DNA of 64,000 bases. It comes from Lachnospiraceae bacterium (lineage in GTDB: Bacteria; Bacillota; Clostridia; Lachnospirales; Lachnospiraceae). Position numbers and translations under genes: made by a program. The stretch lies in the NCBI GenBank assembly GCA_022796795.1, contig JAAWJI010000015.1, forward strand, positions 497 to 64,496, read 5' to 3'. Under the pieces are notes generated by a model, which worked only from the letters and a program-made list of their open reading frames with translations, did not search any database and was not told where the DNA came from. This document shows, in pieces, positions 54,930-62,703 of the stretch; the first letter of the stretch is position 1; each line of letters begins with the position of its first letter.

Positions 54930-55852
54930 AGGAAAACAATTTCGTGTCGGCAGTGGTGTACGTGCACAATCAGGAGACGCAGCTGACCGGATTTTTGGAA
55001 AAGATCAACGGGATTCTGGCGGAAAATTTTGCTCATTATGAGATCATCTGCGTGGACGACTACAGCACGGACCAGAGTGTGGGCCGCATTGCCGAATTTG
55101 CCCAAAAGCTTGAGGGAGCCAGCGTCAGCGTTCTCCATATGAGCTATTATCAGGGCGTGGAATTGTCCATGAACGGGGGAATGGATCTGGCTATCGGGGA
55201 TTTTGTCTTTGAATTTGACAAGATTAGCTGCGAGTTTCCCGGAGAGCTGCTCATGGAGGTGTATCGGACCTGCCTGGGCGGCTATGACATTGTCAGCGCT
55301 GCCCCTGCCCGGGCGGAGCGGTGGAGCTCCCGTCTGTTTTACCAGGTGTACAACCAGGCGGCAGGCCGGAGAGTCATGCTGCGGACAGAGGCGTTTCGGA
55401 TCCTGTCCCGCCGGGCCATCAACCGGGTTCATTCCCTGTGCCAGTCCATTCCCTACCGGAAGGCGGTTTATGCCAGCTGTGGGCTTCCCGTAGAGACCCT
55501 GACCTATGAGGAGCAGGGGAAAAGAAGCAGCATGCCCAGGGAGGAGCGGGAGGTCCGAAGGGATATGGCCTTTAACAGCCTGATCTTGTTTACCAACCTG
55601 GGCTACCGTTTGTCCAGCGTGCTGGCCGGTCTCATGATGCTGGTCGCAATGCTGATCGGGGTGTATACGGTGGTGATTTTTGTGAGCTCCCGGCCGGTGG
55701 AAGGGTGGACGACTACCATGCTCTTTTTGTCCCTGGCCTTTTTCGGGGTGTTTGCCATGTTTGCCATTATGATTAAATATCTGTCTGTGTTGATTGATCT
55801 GGTGTTTACCAAGCAGCAGTATGTGATTGAGGGCGTGGAAAAAATGAACTGA
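54926..55852 (+). CDS. GtrB-architecture GT2-like protein, copy 3, with divergent catalytic motifs
   Basis: Same length and C-terminal double-TM hairpin as copies 1 and 2, but the motifs read VVYVHNQE, ICVDDYSTDQS, HMSYYQGVE and FEFD instead of the NEE/DDGSxD/SRNFG/DxDLQ consensus. ATGA overlap with the oxidoreductase gene. Confidence 0.7.
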   Translation: MKENNFVSAVVYVHNQETQLTGFLEKINGILAENFAHYEIICVDDYSTDQSVGRIAEFAQKLEGASVSVLHMSYYQGVELSMNGGMDLAIGDFVFEFDKISCEFPGELLMEVYRTCLGGYDIVSAAPARAERWSSRLFYQVYNQAAGRRVMLRTEAFRILSRRAINRVHSLCQSIPYRKAVYASCGLPVETLTYEEQGKRSSMPREEREVRRDMAFNSLILFTNLGYRLSSVLAGLMMLVAMLIGVYTVVIFVSSRPVEGWTTTMLFLSLAFFGVFAMFAIMIKYLSVLIDLVFTKQQYVIEGVEKMN

Positions 55853-55925
55853 GGGGGCCATTTGGTTGAAAGGCGGACGCTTTCTGTTTGCGAATGCCGG
55901 GAAAGAGAGGAATATACAGTCAGAC

Positions 55926-57083
55926 ATGATGAGGAGAGGCATAAGGAAGGACGACAGGATGGAAGAAGAGCTGGAACGTGAAAGAGGAACAGAGAAAAGG
56001 TTAAGATGGAGAGCCGGGAGCCGGGGAAGGATTTTCCTGTTGGCGTTGTTTTTGCTGTTGGTTTTGTGGAATGTAAGGCTCCAGGTGCAGCTTGGTCAGA
56101 CAAAACCTGACATGGAGGTTTATCTGCCCCAGGATCTGTACGTGGCAGTGGGCAGCGCCGTAGAGCTGTACAACAACCAGGTGGTGATCTGCGGTATGGA
56201 GGACGCCTATATCCTGAACTGGAACTGTCAGATCGGGCAGAATTTAAAAGAGTGCTTCTATGTGGAGGGAAAAGAGGAGCAGATAGGGGATTATCCCCTG
56301 ATTCTGGAAATCTATGACTGGAATGGAAATCTGGTGCGTAAGCTTACCAGCACCCTGCATGTGGTGGATAACCGGTTGGATCGGGAATACTCTGTCTTAA
56401 ACATTGGCGACAGCCTTTCCAACGGCAGGGAATGGTACCGGGATGTGTTTTATCTCTCAGACGGGAAGGTAACCTTTACGGGCACCCGGGGCTGGACCAA
56501 GTACAGCCATGAGGGAAGAAGCGGCTTTTCGCCCCAGGATTATCTGACAGAGACGGAGTATCCCTTTGAGGACGAGGGAGTTCACCCCTTTTACGACCCT
56601 GTCCAGCAAATGTTTGACTGGAATTATTATAAGATAAATACGGGGATTGACCCGGATGTGATCCAGATTTTTCTGGGGGTCAATGGTCTGAAGGATGATC
56701 CCACGGATAATATTGACGCTATCGCCCAGATGGTGAACAACATACGGAAATACGACCAGGAGATTCCCATTTATATTGTGAATACGCCCTACCTGGGAGA
56801 CCAGGACCATTTGGGACGCATGGAGCTGCCCAACGGGGATCCCTGGTTTCAGGGAGAGTATAAGCTGCGCTATGACAGGAGGATCCTGCATCTCATGGAA
56901 GGGCTGGATCGGAAGCTTGGAAACTACAGCCACGTGAATTTTATTCCCCTGGCTCTGATGCATGACAGCGTCCACAATTTTGACGAAAACGAGGCTCTGC
57001 ATCCCAATGATGAGGGATATGACCAGTTTGCTGCCTGTATGTACAGTGTGTATTGCGGAACCTTAAAGCTGCAGCTGCCGTGA
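55926..57083 (+). CDS. SGNH/GDSL hydrolase-family protein with N-terminal membrane anchor
   Basis: TM anchor (IFLLALFLLLVLW), block I ...LNIGDSLSNG..., block III ...GVNGL... and block V ...LHPNDEGYDQFA. The start is uncertain (TTG 55866, ATG 55926 or ATG 55959). Confidence 0.7.
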   Translation: MMRRGIRKDDRMEEELERERGTEKRLRWRAGSRGRIFLLALFLLLVLWNVRLQVQLGQTKPDMEVYLPQDLYVAVGSAVELYNNQVVICGMEDAYILNWNCQIGQNLKECFYVEGKEEQIGDYPLILEIYDWNGNLVRKLTSTLHVVDNRLDREYSVLNIGDSLSNGREWYRDVFYLSDGKVTFTGTRGWTKYSHEGRSGFSPQDYLTETEYPFEDEGVHPFYDPVQQMFDWNYYKINTGIDPDVIQIFLGVNGLKDDPTDNIDAIAQMVNNIRKYDQEIPIYIVNTPYLGDQDHLGRMELPNGDPWFQGEYKLRYDRRILHLMEGLDRKLGNYSHVNFIPLALMHDSVHNFDENEALHPNDEGYDQFAACMYSVYCGTLKLQLP

Positions 57084-57102
57084 GAAACGGAGGAGGGATT
57101 CT

Positions 57103-58698
57103 ATGATTCGTACCATTCACAGAGGGGTATTTCGGATTCTGGAAAAGGGATACCCTCTGTTCTTTGGGGCAGCCTGCCTGGTGCTGGCCCTGTTCTGCTT
57201 TTATCATCTGGATGTGAAATATGTGGATTCCTGGGATGAGGCCCGCCACGGAGTCAACGCCTATGAAATGCTGCAGAATGAAAATTACATTCAGCATACC
57301 TATAATTATGAGGTGGACACCTGGAATCTGAAGCCCTCCCTGAGCTACTGGGGGATCCTGCTGGGCTTTAAGCTTTTTGGATGCTCCGTATTCGGCCTGC
57401 GTTTTTACGCGGCCCTCAGCTATCTTCTCACCGGGATTCTGGCCGGACTGTGGGTGGGAAAGAAAAGCCGGGCAGGGGGCATTCTGACGCTGGGATTTTT
57501 CTGTGCTAACACGTTGCCCTTATATGCGCATCTGGCAAGAGCCGGGGATGCGGACAGCCTGTATCTCTTGTTGTTTACCATAGCCATGCTGGCTATGCTG
57601 GAATGGCCTGGGCGCAGAGGATATTTGTATGTGTGCGGCCTATGCTTTTCCCTGGCCTTCCTGACGAAAAGCTGGCACGCGGGAATGATCGCCGCCGTGG
57701 GGGGACTGTATCTGCTACTTACAGGAGGACTTTTCAAAATCCGCCTGGCAGAGTGGGGAAAGTTTCTGCTCAGCGTATTTCTGCCCCTGATTTTCTGGTT
57801 TGGATGGCGGTATCAGGCTGATGGATTCTCCTTTCTGCGGCAAATGGTGGAGGTAGACCTGCTGGCCCGGACCAGCGCCTCCAATTTTGAGGGACACAGC
57901 GGCCCTGTTTCCTTTTATTGGGAAATGGTACTGGGAAATGGGGCTTACATCTATCCCTGGGTATTCGGCGTCTGCGTCCTGGGGCTTCTGGCCCTTCTGG
58001 GATATCTGATTGTTAGAAGGCAGGGTGGGGACAGACCCAATATTTTCGGGGAAAATGGGAGAAACTGCGCCCTGGGGCTCCTCCTGTGGTTCGGAGTGGT
58101 GTTTCTGGGATTTTCTCTCATGAAGACAAAATTGATCTGGTATTGCTACCCGGCTCTTGTGCCGCTGTTTCTGGGAGCAGCCCTGTTGTTGGGAAAGGCG
58201 GTTTCCTGGGAGGGCCTGGGTGACAGCCTGTATGGAAACAGGAGGATCGAGGAGAAGGGGCTGAAACAGAGGGTTTTTGGGAATCAGCTTTTGGCCGTCG
58301 CTCAGCTCCTCCTGGCGGCAGGCTGCGTGATCCTGGTGGTGCACTTCATGCAGGTAACCCTAGACTCGGCAATCCGCAATGTCCATGGAGATCCCTTCCA
58401 GGATTTCCTCAGGGTAAGCGCAAGCCCGGACTGCGCCTACGCGGATCAGGAGGCCTATATCCAGGTGCCGGGGGAGAAGCCGGAGCAGCTGGGAGACTGG
58501 GATCAGAACCGGCTGTTTCTGGCGGAGATCAGCGGAAACTTCCGCTGCCAGGACGGAGGCGTGGACAAGTTTCTACAGTCGGAAAACAGCGTGCTTTACA
58601 TTGACAGGGAAAATTATGCAGCCCGCCAAGAGGAGCTGGCAGGCTGCCGGGTTTTGTATCTGGACGAAGCGTACCCTTATGTGGTGCTGGGGAGATAG
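57103..58698 (+). CDS. GT-C fold glycosyltransferase (ArnT/PMT_2, GT39/83-like)
   Basis: 531 aa, more than 10 TM helices. The first external loop has ...VDSWDEARHGVNAYEM... (the DE motif of ArnT/PMT-type enzymes). Strong RBS GGAGGAGGG lies upstream. Confidence 0.8.
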   Translation: MIRTIHRGVFRILEKGYPLFFGAACLVLALFCFYHLDVKYVDSWDEARHGVNAYEMLQNENYIQHTYNYEVDTWNLKPSLSYWGILLGFKLFGCSVFGLRFYAALSYLLTGILAGLWVGKKSRAGGILTLGFFCANTLPLYAHLARAGDADSLYLLLFTIAMLAMLEWPGRRGYLYVCGLCFSLAFLTKSWHAGMIAAVGGLYLLLTGGLFKIRLAEWGKFLLSVFLPLIFWFGWRYQADGFSFLRQMVEVDLLARTSASNFEGHSGPVSFYWEMVLGNGAYIYPWVFGVCVLGLLALLGYLIVRRQGGDRPNIFGENGRNCALGLLLWFGVVFLGFSLMKTKLIWYCYPALVPLFLGAALLLGKAVSWEGLGDSLYGNRRIEEKGLKQRVFGNQLLAVAQLLLAAGCVILVVHFMQVTLDSAIRNVHGDPFQDFLRVSASPDCAYADQEAYIQVPGEKPEQLGDWDQNRLFLAEISGNFRCQDGGVDKFLQSENSVLYIDRENYAARQEELAGCRVLYLDEAYPYVVLGR

Positions 58699-58705
58699 CA
58701 GGGAT

Positions 58706-60877
58706 TTACCGGGAGCGGATTCTCCACATGCGGAAGGTAATCCAGCCGCAGCCCATGACCAGCAGCAGGGAAAGCAGGAGATAAACCTTCCAATTAAAAT
58801 ATGTGGTGACCTGATATTCGTATACGGCGAATGCCAGGTCGCCATTTTTTTGCTCTTCTCCGGCAATGGTAAGGGCGCCTTGGGGATACAGGTCCTCATT
58901 TCCTGTGTGATAATACAGAAGCTGCACGCTGTCCTCCCCGTGGATATAGCCTGGGGAAATGGTAACGGTGTACCGGGTCATTCCCTGGGGTATGATCATA
59001 TCAAAGGGAAACGCATACCATTTGTTTTTCTCCACCATACCGGGAAGAAAGCGGCTGTTTTCATACACCACTGTTCCCTGCTGGTCCCTGATGGACACAG
59101 AGAAGGCGGACTGGTTGTATTGGCCTACGGGATTCAGGGCGTGGATGGAAAGCCGGTTAAAGGGCTGATCCGTGACAAAGGTCTGGGTGTAGACTTCCTC
59201 ATATTCCTGGATATAAGTGCGGTCCATATCGTTATCCTGGTACTGGCGCACCCGGTACAGATTTTCCTCAATGGGGGTTTCCACCAGCTGCTTTTTCCCC
59301 AGGACCAGCAGAACCAACAGGCACAGGAAAGCGCCGCTGCAGAGAAAGCGTCCCGGAATCACCCACAGGTTCTCCATTTCCTCCCAAAGGAAAGAAAGCT
59401 GATCCGCCATGAGAACCAGGCAGAGGAAGAGAAAGCCAATGCTGTATAGGGGATTGGTCTCCCAGATCAGATGAAAAGCCATACCACCCAGAAGGGACAG
59501 CAATAGCACAAAGGAGGGCGTGGGAACCGGATTTTGCCTCCGGCGAAGAAGCAGCCCCAAAGCGGCGATTCCTAAAACCAGCATCTGCAGCACCCGGAAG
59601 GCCTGGGCGTAAATGACCAGCAGTCCGTCTTTATTTCCCAGCAGATATTCATAGACCTTCCCGTAACGGCAGGCGCTGTTTTCCGCCTCATACGTATCCG
59701 TGCCATCCACCCAGGTGTTGAGAAGCTTGCGCCCTATAAGGGAAACCATGCCCCCAGGACCGGCTTCCAAAATCCGCTCCTTCAAAAGCTTCAGATCCCC
59801 AGCCGTCTTCTCTTCTTTGGTAGGGAAGCCGGAGGTGTAATTTTCGTCAGACTGGTCAAAGGCTCCCTCCCAGCGCATGCCCATCATGACCCAGTGAATG
59901 GCGGGAAAGCCGGTATTCTTGTAGTCAAAACTCACATAGCGGTTCACCGCTGCGCTCCAAAAACCCAGGGTAAGGGCGCAGGCCAGGAGGAAGGAAACGC
60001 CTCCGGTAAGCAAAGCTTTCCGTTCCCGGGAAATCCATGGGAAAAGAGAAAGACGCTGCTTTCCGGTATTCGGATAACAGGCGGCGATTCCGGCGGCAAT
60101 AAGGGCAATAAGGGTAGTGGCCCGGAATTTATAGCCCAGAATCCCCAGAATTCCCAGCAAAAACATGGAGAAGGGAAGAAAGCGTCCTTCAGACTCCCGC
60201 ATTTTCAAAAACAGCAGCAGGATTCCCATAAAAAAGGGCATGGATAAGGTGGAGGTGTAGTAGAAGCCAGCCCACACATAGACGCCGGGACAGAGAGCGC
60301 AGAGCAGCAGATAGAGGAGCTGGCAGTCCTGATCCCTGCGGATATGCGACAGGATCCGCCATCCCAGAAGCAGAGAAATGTCCAGAAGAGCCACGTTTAA
60401 CAGCTGCACCAGGAGCATATAATGACGGGCCGCAAGTCCCAGGCCGGAAGCCAGGGACAGGATCCAGCAGGTGAGAATGGTAATGGGATAGTTATTGGTA
60501 TAGCGGGCAAAATATCCGTTCTCATAGGTTTCCGAGATGGTGCCTGTGGAGAGCATTTCCACCGCCTGGTCAAAGGTTTTCAGGGCGTCATAGCGCAGAA
60601 CAGGACGAAAATACAGGAGGAAGGCCAGCTGTCCTGCCAGGATCAACACCGGAAGAGACAAAAGGAAAACCCTCTGTACCGATGGGCTACATTTTCGCAG
60701 ACGTCGGTAAGCCAGGTAGAGCCCGTAAAAGAGAAAAAGGACGGCAATAAGGATAATGAGGGCGTGAATGGCAGGAATATTGCCCTCCCGAAGAAAGGCT
60801 CCGTCCCAGCGCACAAAGCCCCAGGCTGCGATAAAAAAGGAAAACAGGCCGAGCAGAAGTAAAGTCAGAGTATACAT
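58706..60877 (-). CDS. large polytopic membrane protein (723 aa), putative GT-C-like glycosyltransferase with C-terminal extracytoplasmic domain
   Basis: About 14 TM segments followed by a ~190-aa soluble domain and a terminal TM. Strong RBS AGGAGGA lies upstream. It is convergent with the ArnT-like gene. Confidence 0.5.
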   Translation of the reverse strand: MYTLTLLLLGLFSFFIAAWGFVRWDGAFLREGNIPAIHALIILIAVLFLFYGLYLAYRRLRKCSPSVQRVFLLSLPVLILAGQLAFLLYFRPVLRYDALKTFDQAVEMLSTGTISETYENGYFARYTNNYPITILTCWILSLASGLGLAARHYMLLVQLLNVALLDISLLLGWRILSHIRRDQDCQLLYLLLCALCPGVYVWAGFYYTSTLSMPFFMGILLLFLKMRESEGRFLPFSMFLLGILGILGYKFRATTLIALIAAGIAACYPNTGKQRLSLFPWISRERKALLTGGVSFLLACALTLGFWSAAVNRYVSFDYKNTGFPAIHWVMMGMRWEGAFDQSDENYTSGFPTKEEKTAGDLKLLKERILEAGPGGMVSLIGRKLLNTWVDGTDTYEAENSACRYGKVYEYLLGNKDGLLVIYAQAFRVLQMLVLGIAALGLLLRRRQNPVPTPSFVLLLSLLGGMAFHLIWETNPLYSIGFLFLCLVLMADQLSFLWEEMENLWVIPGRFLCSGAFLCLLVLLVLGKKQLVETPIEENLYRVRQYQDNDMDRTYIQEYEEVYTQTFVTDQPFNRLSIHALNPVGQYNQSAFSVSIRDQQGTVVYENSRFLPGMVEKNKWYAFPFDMIIPQGMTRYTVTISPGYIHGEDSVQLLYYHTGNEDLYPQGALTIAGEEQKNGDLAFAVYEYQVTTYFNWKVYLLLSLLLVMGCGWITFRMWRIRSR

Positions 60878-61174
60878 AAAAATCCTCCTGGATCAAAAGT
60901 GAACCTATGGTTTTTGTTTTATTTTATCCTAATGTGAGACAAAAGGCAAATGGTGATGGTTGTTTTTTTATGCGGGATTTGATAAAATTAAAAATGCAGA
61001 CATTCCGGCAATCCAGGAGCAGCTTCGGGAATTGGAGCGAAGCAGAGAAGCCAGGATAGATTTTGCCATGAGATGTCCGGAAGAGCTAAAAAGACAGATT
61101 AGAAGAGATTTTATAAAAATGGTGTAACGGCCTCTTTCCATTCGTTATCATTATTATTGAGAGGAGGGATTTTC

Positions 61175-61567
61175 ATGTCACGATACTATATGGCAGAGAA
61201 TCTGAAAAGACTGAGGACCTTTTATGGCTATCAACAAAAAGAGATAGCCGACCAGCTGCACATTTCCCGTCAAGCCTATTCTAACTATGAAAGGGGAACC
61301 CGAATGCCGGATCTGCCAGCTTGTATTCAGCTTGCAGAATTTTACCAGGTGACGCTGGACGCCCTTCTTTTGGCCAAGGATCCGGCCAAAAGAATCAGCG
61401 GGCAGGTCAGAAAAGAAAACAAGGCATTGGCCCCAGTGGGAAGTTTGATTCCGGTAGACGGTCCGGAGACAAAGATGCTGCTCCGTTATAAGAGGCTGCC
61501 TCAGGAGGAGCAAAAGGAAGTGCAGAGATTTGTGAAATTTCGGGAAAGCTTAGTATGTAGCAAATAG
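61175..61567 (+). CDS. XRE family HTH transcriptional regulator
   Basis: LKRLRTFYGYQQKEIADQLHISRQAYSNYERGTRMPDLPACIQLAEFYQVTLDALL is a Cro/C1-type HTH. RBS GAGAGGAGGG precedes ATG 61175. Confidence 0.85.
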   Translation: MSRYYMAENLKRLRTFYGYQQKEIADQLHISRQAYSNYERGTRMPDLPACIQLAEFYQVTLDALLLAKDPAKRISGQVRKENKALAPVGSLIPVDGPETKMLLRYKRLPQEEQKEVQRFVKFRESLVCSK

Positions 61568-61817
61568 GATGATAAGGGAATAAAAATGCCTGCAAAGGCG
61601 GGGAAATAAGCAGCTGAGTAAAAGAACTATGGGCCAGAGAGGAAGGGATTCACTCTGGCTCATCTTCCTTTGTAAGGAATCTGTTTGTTTTGCGCACATC
61701 CTTCTGTTTTGCGCGCTTTACTTTTTTGGGAAGCTTTGCTAGAATTGAGAGAAAATTGCAGGATAAAAATCTTGCAGAGATAAACAATGAAGAAGTAAAA
61801 AAGAAGAGGGCAAAAGC

Positions 61818-62606
61818 ATGAGTACAAACAAAACACAACCGCCTTTTCCGGTTTGCAGGATTTTAGGCGTAAATATAGCGGTTACCAACATGAGCAGGAC
61901 TCTTGACTACTTAAAGGACCATCTGGAGAAGCTATCCGGCTCTTATATCTGCATTTCCAATGTGCACACAACTGTAATGAGCTATGAAGATCCGGCATAT
62001 AGGAAAATTCAAAACAGCGCGGTCCTGGCTTTACCGGACGGCGCTCCTCTGTCTGCAGTGTGCAGAAAGAGGGGATTTCCGGAGGCGGAACGGGTAACCG
62101 GGCCGGATTTGATGGGCGAAATTTTCAGGATCTCCGTGAGGGAGGGATACCGGCATTATTTTTATGGAAGCACCCAGGAGACCCTGGATGCCTTGGAGGT
62201 GAGCCTTATGGAAAAGTATCCGGGGATCCGGATTGCGGGAATGTACGCGCCGCCTTTTCGGCCCTTAAGCGAAGGCGAGGATCAGGGGGTTGTGGAACAG
62301 ATCAACCGGGCGCAGGCGGATTTTGTGTGGGTGGGGCTGGGAGCGCCTAAGCAGGAGCTGTGGATGGCCGAACATAGAAAAAAAATTCAGGGATTGATGA
62401 TCGGCGTGGGAGCCGGCTTTGATTATCATGCGGGGACGTTGAAACGGGCGCCGGGGTGGATGCAGCGATGCAGCCTGGAGTGGGTGTATCGATTGCTGCA
62501 GGATCCGGGCAGACTGTGGAAACGCTACTGGGTGACAAACCGGAAGTTCCTGCGCCTGGTAAGGCGGGAAAATAATATTTGCCAATCCAGGAAAAATAGT
62601 ATATAA
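61818..62606 (+). CDS. WecB/TagA/CpsF family (GT26) glycosyltransferase
   Basis: ...ILGVNIAVTNM..., ...NVHTTVMS..., ...LALPDGAPL..., ...VGLGAPKQELW... and ...GVGAGFDYHAG... are family hallmarks. Confidence 0.9.
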   Translation: MSTNKTQPPFPVCRILGVNIAVTNMSRTLDYLKDHLEKLSGSYICISNVHTTVMSYEDPAYRKIQNSAVLALPDGAPLSAVCRKRGFPEAERVTGPDLMGEIFRISVREGYRHYFYGSTQETLDALEVSLMEKYPGIRIAGMYAPPFRPLSEGEDQGVVEQINRAQADFVWVGLGAPKQELWMAEHRKKIQGLMIGVGAGFDYHAGTLKRAPGWMQRCSLEWVYRLLQDPGRLWKRYWVTNRKFLRLVRRENNICQSRKNSI

Positions 62607-62703
62607 TGCACTTTATACGTGTGTTGATAAAATGAAAAGCCCGGATCCTGCGGGAAACAGAAAAAGTCCCGCAGGAACTGTGCTGATAGATGGGGAATGA
62701 AGC

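Noticed and set aside
54764-55942. 392-aa minus-strand ORF
   Set aside because: It is antisense to the third GtrB-like gene and to the end of the oxidoreductase gene. Its composition is H/G/P/Q-rich and it has no RBS.
61633-61659. 7-bp hairpin GCCAGAG-N13-CTCTGGC after the XRE gene, considered as a terminator
   Set aside because: The stem is short, the loop is large and there is no clean U-tract. It is too weak to annotate.
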